Position numbers and translations under genes: made by a program. A DNA stretch of 64,000 nucleotides from Octopus vulgaris (Eukaryota). Location: contig OX597816.1 in NCBI GenBank assembly GCA_951406725.2, positions 129,890,001-129,954,000 on the forward strand. The letters run 5' to 3'. The notes under the pieces are model-generated. The model worked only from the letters and a program-made list of their open reading frames with translations, did no database searches and was not told the DNA's origin. Below are positions 27,781 to 40,865 of this stretch, in pieces (position 1 is the first letter of the stretch; every line of letters begins with the position of its first letter).

Positions 27781-29409
27781 CTGACTGGTAAATTGACTGT
27801 TTAGATATAGATGGGTTAATATAACAAAATAATACCAATACAAAATATACACCAGATACGTAGTTGATATACAAGTGATAGTGAATTCATTAAAGGACGT
27901 TATGAAGCTAAAATATGACTTACAAAACAATTCCGTACTAAATTTTTTTACAGTAATGAATGAATTTTTTTACACAAATGAATGAAATAAATGAATTTTT
28001 CAACATGGAGACTGTGAATACTCACACAACTATGCCACTGATTAAATCACTCCTTAAAATAGCATTTATATTCTTGTCCACAAACAAGGTACTAGATAAA
28101 GAAATATACATAGTTACGCATTTTCCTTGAGACTAGTAGACCGTGCTATAAAATAATACAAACACAAATACAACAAATACATCAGAGAATACATCCAATA
28201 AAAAAGCATAAATCACACGTAATTTATTACATAAATCAAACGTAAAATCAAATACACAAACGAATATATAATAAAACACTCATAAAATGTATCACGCCCG
28301 ACCATAAACTTTAATAATAATATACTACAAAAGCTCCTTAACAATAACACTCAGCAAGTATGCAAACCTGGGGACAAGCTATTAATAACCAATGTAGTCA
28401 ACAAAATTTCCTGTAAAACCGAAAGTTGTAAACATTAGGACTATAGCTGTTAAATTGGATATACTAGTATAATAATCCCGTACGCCCACCATGCATTTAA
28501 CACAGGCGGTAATCGCAAACATTATACCACATACCACTAAATATAGATAGATATTAGAGAACATTATATACTCGATGAAATTCGTCACAAAAATAGAAGA
28601 TTAATCAAGAAAGTCATACCCCTATGGCATCTCAATGCTAAAATAAAACACCAAATATATATTTAAAAAATTAACACGTGGTTATTGGCATGAAAACTTA
28701 ACGATAATAAATTTGACCACAAGAAAGAAATCAACACGTGACGACTGGCATACAATCCTAACGGTCAAAAACCTTTGGCGGAAAAGTTTCCGTTTATTCA
28801 ATCAGTAGAAAAGAAACAACACAGACACCAAATTTATTGTTTTCTTGTGAATGAGGTTGTGACGGTCTGGAAACGTCGAATATGAATCTAAGAACTTTAT
28901 TGTTCCAATTCAGCTCTAAAATAACTAATACGAGAAAAAAAGATGAAACTTGAAATGTGTGTGTCATTGCAATACCGCAACTACTGACTGCTGTTTCTGC
29001 TATCCCCAAATGGGTTATGAGTATCCATATTGGTCATATCTAAACGACAACTGTAGTCACGAACCAATGAGGAATAGGTGCGGCATGGCTGAATGTTTAA
29101 GGAGTTCTCTTTGCAATCATAGAATCCCAGTTTCGGTCCCACTACGTGGCATCTTGGGCATGTTATTTTTTATAACTTCAATTCACCAATACCTTGTGAG
29201 TGAAATTGGGTGGGCGGAACTGTACTGAATCCCGTCATATGAATTGTACCTGTAATTCAGGAAGTACAGTTGTCACATATTTTGTCGTGCTGACTCTGCC
29301 TGAGATTTATGTTATAGGTATACGTGTCAATGGAATGCTCAGTTAATTCAGGAGCAGGTAATTCAGAAGATCAAACAGTTGAATCCAGCATCGTCGAACG
29401 TCATTCGTA

Positions 29410-29936
29410 TCTATATATATATAAGACAAATTATGTATGTGTGTAATAAGTATGAATTTCTACAGTTTTCAACCAATTTTCACTAAACTATGCACATACA
29501 TTACTTATGTGCCAAGAATGGTCATGCACTATAATTTTTCGCCCAGAGCTCCCGTGTAAAGCGAGAAACCGGGAGTGGAAAGGTGCTTTACACGGGTTTT
29601 TCTCTAAAAACTGCAGTTTTCAACCGATTCTTTCCTTTTTCTCATTCTATCTTTCTTTTGTTTACATATGCTCTCTCTCATCCTCTATAATAGTTTCTCT
29701 CTTTTAATCTACGTCTTCTTTTCTCCTTTCTTTCTCCCTGCCTCCTTTTTCTTTCTTCCTTTCTCTCTCCCTTTCTTCTTTCTCTCCTTTTTCTCCCTCT
29801 CTTTCTTTCTCCTTCTTTCATTCATTCTGTTCGACTAAAGGTAATGCTCCAGCATGGCTACAGTCAAATGACTGAAATAAGTAAAAGAATAAACTATGCC
29901 CTTTTAATCCCGAGCAACGCTGGGTGTATCTGCTTG
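29410..29936 (+). mobile_element. Non-autonomous Helitron-like element
   Basis: A|TCTATATATAT 5' end; 3' GC-rich hairpin CCCGAGCAACGCTGGG followed by CTTG|T (decayed CTAG). Confidence 0.6.
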
Positions 29937-30270
29937 TAATACATTAAAAGTCAGCTCGAATCTTGCTTGCTTACAATGTTACTCAGCCAAACTGGCACAT
30001 AATGCGAAAATTCTATGACTTAAGTTTCCTCTCAAATGTAAATACGAACGGAATAAAACAAATTTCGCGTAAATGAGACAAGTGGTTGTGCAGATATTAG
30101 GGGTTTTCGAGATATAAATACTCAAAACGGTACATAAGGGGAAAATATTTCGAAATTAAACTTCACCCTGAAAGGGAAGAAACTCTTACCTTTCGAATAG
30201 ACACACTGACTTGATAACGAAAAAACGCGATTTGTTTTTTTACAGTAAATGTTTCTATTTTCACTTTTGT

Positions 30271-30853
30271 TAAACACAATATTTAATCATTTACAAATAT
30301 TTTTAAGTGGATGTGATTTCAGAGTTGTTTGTACAGTAAGTATTTATATTTTAGCTTTCTTTAAACAGACAATATTTTAATGTTTTTTTTTTGGTTTTTT
30401 TTTTCAAATGAATACCATTACAAAAATTTTTTTTGGTATGTTTAAAAACTATTTTAAAGTGAAAGTGACTTTAAGAATACAGTAAATATTTCGTAAAAGA
30501 CCCGTTCGTAATCTCGGTGTGAAATAATTTTTCGTATGGGGCTTTTTCGAGTGCATTCAACGTACTTCTCCACCAAAGATTTGGCTGCTATTTCTAGCAC
30601 GCCCTGCTACCGCGTAACAGCTATTTGCAATAAAGGACCCGAAATACCTGTTACGTGGTAGTAGTGCATGCAAGAAATAGCATCCAAATCTTTCCTTTTC
30701 TGGGGAAGGGAGCTGTTTACGCGTGATTTCGATGTCACATTCGTTGAAAGCATGCGAATTAACCTGAAAAGAAGATAAAGACCCACGAAGCAAAGCTCCG
30801 TTGCTGGGAAACTCAGACTTTCCCGGTGACCCAACGGGCCACAGGTAGTCTAG
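30271..30853 (+). mobile_element. Helitron-like element 3' part (copy 1)
   Basis: Homologous to 41211-41787; ends with hairpin GTGACCC-AAC-GGGCCAC then CTAG. Confidence 0.7.
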
Positions 30854-31399
30854 CATATATAAACTCGATTTGCAAATATCTGGTTTGGGGTCAGTCTCAC
30901 GGCGCGAACCTTGAACAAGTGTCTTTTATTGTCTCCAGTCGACCAATGCTTTGTGAGTGAATTTGTGGGCGTATACGATGTGGAAGCCCATCGTATACAA
31001 AAGAGACCGATAGAATTAGGACTAGAGAGGGATGTTGGTTTATTCGACTAAACCCTTCAATGTGGTGTCCCAGCACAAGTGCCGTCCTTTGACTGAAACA
31101 AGCAAAAGATAACGATATATGAGAAAGAGAGTGAGTGGGAAATATTTAAGGAATTTAAGCATTACTTTGTGACTCTAAAAGACCGTTCTTTCTTTCAAGT
31201 GTTACAGGCCTCTTCCCCATTTCATAAAAATAATAGACTTCTCCAAAATGGGAGAGAACAAAGAATAAGATTAGAATTTGGTCACAATTCACGTGGTTGT
31301 AATTAATTTACAGCATCGGCTAAATTAACATTTCTAACATTTTTTTCAATTGATTTTTTTTCTTTTCTTTTTCTCTAGTTCCAACTTCCTCCGGTAACT

Positions 31400-31579
31400 A
31401 TGGCAACGGGACCACCTCATTACAAAATTATTCTCTGTGGAGAATACGGTGTTGGGAAAAGTTCGATATTTCGAAGATTCCGAGATGATTCGATCGAGGA
31501 AAATATGGACGACCGTATGTCTACGGTTGGTTTGGATCAATGTTCCAGACTGTTTCCCATGAGTGGAATTGACATAAAG
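31400..31579 (+). CDS. RabX6: RabX6-like small GTPase, coding exon 1 (60 aa)
   Basis: MATGPPHYKIILCGEYGVGKSSIFRRF...STVGLD: P-loop GxxxxGKS and Rab switch-I TxGxD. Ends AAG|GTAACA (donor 31580, phase 0). A polypyrimidine tract and AG acceptor at 31377-31378 precede it. Confidence 0.9.
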
Positions 31580-32496
31580 GTAACACAAACATCTCATCCT
31601 CCTCTTTCTTTTCCTTCTCCACTTTTCCTTCCTTCCTTCTTCCTCACTCTCTTTGCTTTCTTCTCTTCCTCTTCCACCTCTACTTTATCTTTTTTATTTC
31701 TTTTCGTTCTCTCCCCACCTCCTCTTTCAGCCATCTATTACCATCTCATTTTTTAAATCTTTTTCATGTTAGAAATTGTGTCTACTTGTTTTGAAGCATT
31801 CCAATTATGACCATCTCGTCTTTTTAACATGGTTGGGTGTTATTTGAGGGAGATTTTGTTGCTATTTTTAGCAACTCTAACGACCAAATATAGGGGGGGC
31901 TTCTTTGTTGACTCGAGAGCAACGAATTAAATACATTATGATAGTTATGTCCCTTATGTTTTGAGTTCAAATCTCGTTAATGTCAACTTTCCCTTTCATT
32001 CATCCACGGTTCAATATATAAATAAAAATCACCCAAGGTTGTACTTTTATGACATGAAAATGCTAGAAATCTATTCTTTTCCTTATTTACCTCAAAGCAA
32101 TTGAAAAAATCCTACTAGAAACGGTAGCCAAATCTTGAAACGGAGAAAAGCATAGTAGATAATGACAACCCTAGATATCGCTATAAAAATGGAATGTCCA
32201 CGGTTGAAAGGCTTAACTGAGAGTTACAAAAGTACATTTTCTTCATGTAGCTGCTGTCGACTTTGCTGGTCAGATGTTTTATGGAGTGTATCATGGTGGA
32301 GCGCGCGCTCTCTCTCTCTCTCTCCCTGCACATCACCCTCCGAATTTATTTATTAAAAGTTTTTGAACTCACCAAGCTAACAAAGCATTTGTCAGGCTTA
32401 TATTTTTCTCCTGTAGAACACCATGAATGATAATAGTTTCAAATTTTGACCCAAGGACTGCAGTTTTGGAGGGAGGAGGTTAGTCGGTTACATTGT

Positions 32497-32539
<43 letters not shown>

Positions 32540-32731
32540 TGTGTGTGTGTAAAAGACAGATGGAGATTTCTGAAGCACGGAATATTTTGTAAAGATGCCA
32601 CATATGATTGATTCGATTACAGTATATTGCTGTTAGACAGTCCTGGATTATATTGAACCAACCGATTATAAGGCTTCTAGACCTTATGGCTAAGATCAAA
32701 GAATAGTATCATTTGCACTTATGCATTAGAG

Positions 32732-32890
32732 CAGTGTTCCTCAACCCTTTTTGCCTCGCGTCTCACTCTGATTTTATTGTGACTCTTATATACTTGTTAC
32801 TTACATGCCATCTGAAGTAAACCCGCCTCACCAAAGCATTGCCACACCCTACCGGTAGGGGTGTACACCCTATATTTTGAGAAACACTAT
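32732..32890. mobile_element. hAT-type MITE
   Basis: TIRs CAGTGTTCCTCAA and TTGAGAAACACTA. Confidence 0.55.
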
Positions 32891-33273
32891 TTTAAAGAAT
32901 AGTGTTGTTTGTATTGCTTGGAGTTAAGGTTGTTGAGTCTGCTAGCCTCATTTTTTGATAAAACACAGGTTTACAAACCGTATAGTTTCCATTCACCTTC
33001 AGATATCAATGCTATCTACAATCTTACAGAACCCTATGTGAAATAAAGGTTTCTGGCTTCAGTCCTAGCTTAATCATAGGTACATAGTACTTGATGGCGA
33101 ACGAAGAAAATATTGCAGTCGAAGCAGCATTGAATTTTACTAAGAAAAGACAGTATGATGTAATAGTGACAACTATGTGCCTCCTTCCATCAGTAATAAC
33201 TAAATATTTTGAACATATATTCAAATAATATATGTATATCACTCTACCATTGAAGCAATATTGAAACTTCTTT

Positions 33274-33375
33274 AAAAGCTAATTTATTTATTTTAGCGGT
33301 TCGTTACTCCTTCATTAAAACTTCAAAAGCTAATTTATTTATTTTAGCGGTACGATACTCCTTCATTAAAACTTC
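33274..33375. repeat. 51-bp direct tandem duplication
   Basis: AAAAGCTAATTTATTTATTTTAGCGGT...AAAACTTC twice. Confidence 0.9.
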
Positions 33376-33499
33376 CAAAATTTGCGACAAACATTTACCT
33401 GTTATTTAAGAAATAATTTCCTTCAGTTGTCAGTAATTTTCTCATGAAATCATTTGGGTGTTTATGTTAATGTCATAAAAAGTATATAAATGCAGTTAC

Positions 33500-34200
33500 C
33501 GAGGATTTTATTAAGTTTCAAATGTCGTTTGTAATCGTGAAGTATTTATATCTCCAAGCTATGGAAATAGTAATTGAAATATCTTCTTGTCTTTCATCTA
33601 TTTAAAACAATGTCGTTCTTGTTATCAGTGTTCAGACAAATTTAAGGTTATTCTTTTGATAATATGTGACAAAAATGTTATGCCTCTCAGCCTCAAAGTT
33701 ATTATGTAGGACTTTGACAATGTCTGACATCATCAAGGCTGGCTGACTGAATGGAAGGTTATATATAAATATAATCAAATTTAATTTTGATATTGGTTGT
33801 CTTTTAAACTAAGCAATGCTGGTCTTCTGCAACAATTCCTAACTAATATATGATGAGTTTACAATCAGGTCTAGATATTCTCAACAAAATTCCAAGTCTA
33901 CTAGGAAATAAACATTTAATTTTTGCCCTTCCAAACTAGCAAGAGGTAAATTATTCCGCTTAAGTTATTCTGATAAACTAATTTCTCATCTCATAATTTA
34001 CTACTTCCTCCCCTTTCCTGCAAACTAAACACTTTCTCTCACTGTTCACGATGAAACATAACCATCGACTTCACTAGTCTGAAAAACTTGTAATAGCTTC
34101 TCTTCTCGAGGGCTAAGTAATAGTAACTAAGTAAACCACTATCTTAATTGAGTTTTGAAGTATCATTGCTGATTACATTTGCGAAGGTATTTATAGCTTC
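33500..34200 (-). pseudogene. Possible highly decayed Penelope-like reverse transcriptase remnant
   Basis: Minus strand GIIYLLLVWK followed by SRP/IV (frameshifted) resembles FYxLPKIHK...RPIV; weak. Confidence 0.3.
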
Positions 34201-34869
34201 AACTAACGTATTAGGATTTGTTTTGGGCAGGTGATACAGTGTGCAGAATATAAGACAATGTCATAAAACGAGGTAGTCAGTCGTTAAGTTGATTTTTAAA
34301 TGATGCAGCCGACTTTCTGAATAACAAGAGAATCAACGACTATTGAAAAGGTTGCAAGACGCAACGAAAATTTTTAGAAAAAATAAATTTGTAAATGAGT
34401 GGAAATCAAACCGGTGAGTGTGTTAAATAATAAGGCACTAGAAGAGAACGACTCTCCCTAGACACAATAAAGTATTTAAGTAGATTTATTATATATTTCA
34501 GCATATCTTTGTTGTGAAACCAGTGTAAAAATAGAATGGCGTTAGTCATTATCATGTTTCTCAAATGATGCCCACTTTCCCTACACTTTAAATTAGGTTT
34601 TAGATATCTTCACAGATATAAACGATGATTTGTTGAAATTATTTAAGTTAGTAAGCTTCTAATCTACCAATCGTTGATATGACACTCCTTTAAAGTGATA
34701 TGGCCGTAGCAGAGTTACCGGATTGAGTTGCATTTGCTCTATTTTTACATCCTAGACGTAAGAACCCTATCCATCATATTAAATTATCAACAAGGTAAAG
34801 TGGAAACGACCTACCGGCAATTCTTATGTATGAGTGTGTGTGTGTGTGTTAATTTATTGGCAACATTAA

Positions 34870-36450
34870 GGCGGCGAGCTGGCAGAAACGTTAGCACGCC
34901 GGGCGAAATGCTTAGTGGTATTTCGTCTGCCGTTACGTTCTGAGTTCAAATTCCGCTCAGGGCGAATTTGCCTTTCATCCTTTCGGGGTCGATTAAATAA
35001 GTACCAGTTACGCACTGGGGTCGATATAATTGACTTAATCCGTTTGTCTGTCCTTGTTTGTCCTCTCTGTCTTTGGCCCCGTGTGGGTAGTAAAGAAATA
35101 GGTATTTCGTTTGTCTTTACGTTCAGAGTTCAAATTCCGCCGAGGTCGACTTTGCCTTTCACCCTTTCGGGGTCGATAAAATAAGTACCAGTTGTGCGTA
35201 CTGGGGTTGGTCTAATCGATTTGTCCCCTTCCCCAAAATTTCTGGCCTTGTGCCTAGAGTAGAAAAGAAATTTAATGTCATGCGTCTTTGGTTGTTTAAT
35301 GTAGGGAGCATTCAAGCGCTAGCTAGAAATAATTATATGATGAGGAAGAATTAATAAATTAGTGGATATGTTTCATTATTAAAGTCGATCAGGTTAAGTA
35401 CCAGTCGATCACTTTCGTCGATGTAATCGATAACCCCTTCCTCTAAAATTTCAGGCTTTATCAACCCCATCATCATCGGCGGTGGATTGCCAGAATCGTT
35501 AGTGCACCGAATAAAATGCATTGCAACATTTCTTCCGGCTCTTCACGTTGTTTTGAGTTCAAATTTCGCTGTGATTCACTCTGCCTTTCTCCCTTTCGGA
35601 GTTGATAAAATAAGTACCAGTTGAGCCCTGAAACCGATGTAATCGACTATCCGCTTCTTCCTAAAATTTCAGGTTTTGTGCCTATAATAGAAAAGCTCAT
35701 CATCAACAACAGCGTGGTGAGCTGACAGAATCATTAGCGCGTATATCTTACGGCTCTTTATACGCTAGTTTTAAATACCGCCACGGTCGACTATAATGAA
35801 CTAACCTGCTCCTCTTAGCGGCATTTCGTCCGTCTTCACGTTCTGAGTTCAAATTCCACCGAGGTCGACTTTGCCTTTCATCCTTTTGGGGGTCGATAAA
35901 ATAAATACCAGTGAAATATTGGGGCTGATGTAATCGACTAGTTCCCTCCCGCAAAATTTCAGGCCTTGTCCCTTTAGTAGAAAGGATTATTATTATTTTC
36001 GTTATTGACGGTGGTTTGTCAGAATTATTAAAGCGTTAGATAAAATGACTTGTGATATTAGTTCTAGCCCTTTACGTTTCAAATTGAAGTCCTGCGAAGG
36101 TCATCTTTGCATTCTGGAATCGATGAAACTAAAGCACTTGTCAAGTACTAAGGTCAGTGTAATCGACTAACCTCTCCCTTTAAAATTACTGACCTTGTGC
36201 CAAAATTTGAAGCCATTATAATTATTACCATCAAAGCAGTGAACTACAGAATCATTAGCGTGTCGAACAAAATGCTTTGTGGCATTTCTTCCGGCTCTTT
36301 ATGTTCTAAGTAGAAATCCCACCGAGGTCATCTTTGCCTTTCAGCCTTTTGGGTTTATGATATAAAGTACCGGTCAAGTACCAGGGTTGATGTAATCGGC
36401 CAACCCCCTTTCCTTAAAATTTTTGGCCTTTTGCCAAAATTAGAAACAAT
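34870..36450 (+). mobile_element. Head-to-tail cluster of about 8 family B SINE copies and fragments
   Basis: Repeated ...AAGTACCAG...GTAATCGACT...GGCCTTGTGCC modules of differing divergence. Confidence 0.85.
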
Positions 36451-39400
36451 TATTATGACCTCATTAACGAAAAGCATAGTGTACTTGCCAAAGTAGTGAT
36501 GACTGAGTCATACTGTAAATATACGTAGATAGGTTGGTGTAGAAAAATAGAAGTGTTTAGAGAATGATTCAGGATGCCATCGCATGAAAAACAACAGTTA
36601 CGTTGATCTTTTATCTTTCGCTTGTTTCAGTTTTTGTACGGTGGTCATACCGAAGCAACTCCTTGAAGTGTTTTTAGTCGAATGAATCGACCTCAGTATT
36701 TATCTTTAAGTATGGTATTTATTCTATAGTTAAGTTACACGGACGTAAACAATCCAACACCGGTTGTCAGGTTGTGTAATGAGGACAACCACACATATAC
36801 ACACAAGACGGTCTTCTTTCAATTTCCAACTACCAAATTCACTCACAAGGCTTTGGTCGGCCCAGGCTATGGTAGAAGACACTTGCCTAAGACGCCACCT
36901 GGTGGGACTGAACCCGGAACGATGTGGTTGGGTAGAAAACGTCTTACCACACACCCACGCAATATTTTTTTCTACTATAGGCACAGGGCTGGAATTTTGG
37001 AATAAGAAGGACAGTCGATGACGTCAATCCCTGTGTTAAGCTAATATTCATTTTATCGACACCGAAAGGTTAAAAAGCAATGTCGATCTCGACGGAATTT
37101 GATCTCAGAATGTAAAGACAGACAAAGTGTCGCTAGGTATTTTGTCCGGCGTGCTAACGATTTTACCGGCTCGCCGCCTTTACACCTCTTATTTGTTATA
37201 TTGCTAATGAAATATTGATTTCAAAATTTGGCACAAGGCCAGCAAATTCGAGGAGAAAATAAGTCTATCACATTAACCCCAGTGCTCAACTGGTACTCAT
37301 TTTATCGATCCCGAAAGGCAAAGTTGTGGAATTTGAACACAGAACGTTAAGAAGGATGAAATGCTGCTAAACATTTTTTGTCCGGCGTACTAGCCATTCT
37401 TCTAGCTCATTGCCTTTGTTGCTAGTAAAATATTATTAAAGTAGTAGCATTGTTATTTGTAATAGAAACGTTTGCATAAGCGTCATTGTTACTTCAGAGA
37501 GGATATTAACCAATTGTCAGTGAACGTTTTTGAAACAGTCTCCTTATTTAGATTAGGTGCGTCAGTGAGTCTGTGTGTGCGCGCACACAGGAAATAGGGA
37601 GTGGGAGCTCTATCTAGTCACACAACCTGCTAGAAATAACAACTAAATATCCATTAAAATCACACCTTACTGTTTTAAATTATAAGAGACATAGTGACCC
37701 ATGACCTTTTGGGGCTCTCCCAAACTTGTGAGTTTGATTGGGCCGAGGCTTGCTCTGAACAGCCAAATATATACAGCAAAACCACAACAGAGTGATTTTA
37801 GGAAAAGACACCAAGGGAAGGCGGGTTTGGCTGATCACATTGTCACTGTGTGCACCCTACTTCCTCATTATCTATCTAGCTAGGTAGCTATCTAGCTGGC
37901 AGAAACGTTAACACGCCGGGCGAAATGCTTAAGCAGTATTTCGTCTGCCGCTACGTTCTGAGTTCAAATTCCGCCGAGCTCGACTTTGCCTTTCATCCTT
38001 TCGGGGTCGATAAATCAAGTACCAGTTACGCACTGGGGTCGATGTAATCGACTTAATCCCTTTGTTTGTCCCCTCATGTTTAGCTCCTTGTGGGCAATAA
38101 AGAAATATATCTATCTATCTCCTGTTGTTAATTGCTTAATAGCACGTTTGCTATAGCCTACTGACTATAAGCTCACACCCAAGCGAATCAACCTCTTGCT
38201 ACTCACATTTAACCATCTCTTCTGCTTTATGTGGAACACTGTCTTTCAGAGCATGGATTTCTTTTCCTAAAGAATTCCTAGTCTATGTACTTTTGAGATT
38301 ATGATAAAAGTATACTGCCTCGAAGCAATACGTATATTTGACTTAAGGCCAGCAATTTTGAGGGGGCGGAGAGCAGGCCGATTGCATCGAATCCAATACT
38401 TGTATTTTATCGACCCCGAAAGGATGAAAGTAAAATTGACCCCCATGGGATTTGAAATCGGAAATGGGCCGGAAGAAATGCCATTGAGCATATTCTCCGA
38501 CGCGCCAATGATTCTGCCAGCTCACCGCCTTTTATACATACATACATATACACACACGCACGCACAGTTCGGGCAATGGATGAAAACAATAGAACAAGAG
38601 GGAAAAAAACATTTAAAAAATGGTTTCTAAATACATGCATGATAAGGGCGTATTTATTTTTCATTTGTCTTTAGTGTAGAAGTACAGTTGGAAACTTGTT
38701 AGAAAAATAATGATGTATAATATAGATAAAAGTGGCGGTGGGTCGACATGCTACATAAATAAATACGAGAACGTTGTGTTTATTGTATACTATAGCTGAA
38801 ATTATATTTCTTGTTCGGAGAGAAAGAAAGAGAGTGTGTGTGTGTGTGTAGCATGGGTATATAAACTTGTGTCAACAAATGTAAACGGTAAGTCAGAGAA
38901 ATTATTGTACCAAGGCCAACAAAAGGCAATCGAGCGCAAAGTGTATATGTATATATACTACTTACGTTACTTATGTTTAGTGTCCAATGTGTATGTGTGT
39001 AATGCTCTCTTTCCCTCATACACACAACTCACCCCTTCTCAAAAGACAATATCTGAGCTACAAGAACATATAAACACACCATTTTCCAAATGCTGTTGTT
39101 GATTCAGAATTAAAACGACAGCTCATGTGGAAAGGGCCGTTTAACAAAAATAACGACCACACGCGATTTTTAACTAACGTTATCAAATTAAGCAACTGTA
39201 TAAAGACATTTCTTGCACGTCCTGTTAGTTATTTACACTTCATTTTAGCTGGCAATACATCAGTAAGTTACTTGGGTTTATTTACCATAAAAGGGCGCAC
39301 AGAACTTTTAAAACGGAGCCTAATTTAGTTATTGTCACTAAATCTTTAGGACCATTATTCGCTTTTCGAAGGGGAGGTTTTCTTCATATTTCTGAAGATT

Positions 39401-39923
39401 TATTTTTAATTTAACCAAAACACAACTCTGTTTTATTTTTATCCTGTCTATAAAATGTGTTTCTAGTAGGGTTGGTTATAGATATGATGGAACGCTAAGC
39501 TATGAGAGCCGTGCTTTAGAAAATATATCTATTGGCTCTTCATTAAGTAAGAGACAAAAGAGAACCGGCCAAATGGTAAACCTGCCCTTGAACATTACAA
39601 GCTGGCATCCATCTTTCTTCGTGCATAAGGCCTATATTAGTAATTGGGGTTATTTTAAAGTAGCTGTACTTCATATATAATTTCAGACAATACAAAAATT
39701 AACAGTCCAATTCAGTGGACATAACTAAAATATTAGTGCCACTAAGCAAAGAAGGTTAAGAGAAAATTTGGAGAAGGCTCTCATTGTATGCCTGGGAAAA
39801 GCGGACGCATATTGAAGGAGTGGTATTGAGGAATAAACACTGTGGCGCCTGCTCTGTGCATACTAACTTTTCCGGTATATTCTAGAGTGTGTGTATATAC
39901 GTGTGTGTGTGTGTGTGTGTGTA

Positions 39924-40410
39924 GGGTCATCCCATAAACAATGCGGTTTTTTATGCTTCTATTTTTCAAAATTAAGATAAACAAAGTTCTTTTTTTAATC
40001 TAAAATATACTCTCCTTCATTTTCTACAATGCTCTTCCAATCTAGTAGACTTGCAAAGCCCCTCTTCCAAAATTCACTTGTCAGTGACGAAAAATAATCC
40101 TCCATTACTGTTCTGACTTCATCTAGAGAATTCATGTTTTTTTTCCCGTCCAAATGATTTTGAAGACTGCAGAATAAATGATAATCTGATAGGGCAATGT
40201 CCGGCAAATATTGTGAGTGGGGCATCGTTTCCCATTCAAACTGCTCCAGCCTTTGGAATATCATCCTCTCTGTATGGGGCCGAGCGTTATTCTGATGGAA
40301 GAATACCTTTCGTCTTGAAACCAAAGATGTCGTTTTTCTTCTAGCGCTGACTTAAGCCGCTCAAGCTGCTTGCAGTAGATCTCCTTTGTTATCTTTTGGT
40401 TTAAAAGTTC
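39924..40410 (-). mobile_element. Mariner transposase C-terminal remnant with TIR
   Basis: ORF 39995-40324 has HQNNARPH and YLPDIALSDYHLF (mariner HDNARPH / YSPDLAPSDYHLF). TA followed by GGGTCATCCCATAA terminus at 39922. Confidence 0.9.
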
Positions 40411-40796
40411 ATCTGCATTTTAATTGCTTGCTTATGTTCATGAAGGCCATATTTTGCTGATGAAGCAACACGATCCTTGATCTTTTAACTGGGCTGATAC
40501 TACAACGCTTTCCCACAGCAAATTAATGTGTAACAATGCTTGATTATTAAACAAAACAGTGCAGTACAATCAGTTATATGACCACTCATTTGGTTTATTA
40601 ATTTGCATAATTTTGGTGCGGTCTTAAACTTATTTGGCCGATAATTTCTAATCATTTGAATTAATTTCGCATTAAAATTATTCGAATTCTACATAAACTG
40701 GAAAAAGTAAAATAATTTTATAGTTTTGTTAAAAATATATCAATGAAGGAATAGAACTGTCATCTCATCGGCCTTAAACTTATTTTAACCAGTGTA

Positions 40797-40865
<69 letters not shown>

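Noticed and set aside
30557-30856. Similar ORFs at 30557 and 41497 as a duplicated gene
   Set aside because: They are antisense readings of the two Helitron-like copies, with different starts and no known motif.
31580-31756. C-terminal part of the 118-aa ORF, and the first 18 aa of ORF 50364
   Set aside because: Intronic read-through of pyrimidine-rich sequence; GTPase homology joins exactly at the GT and AG sites.
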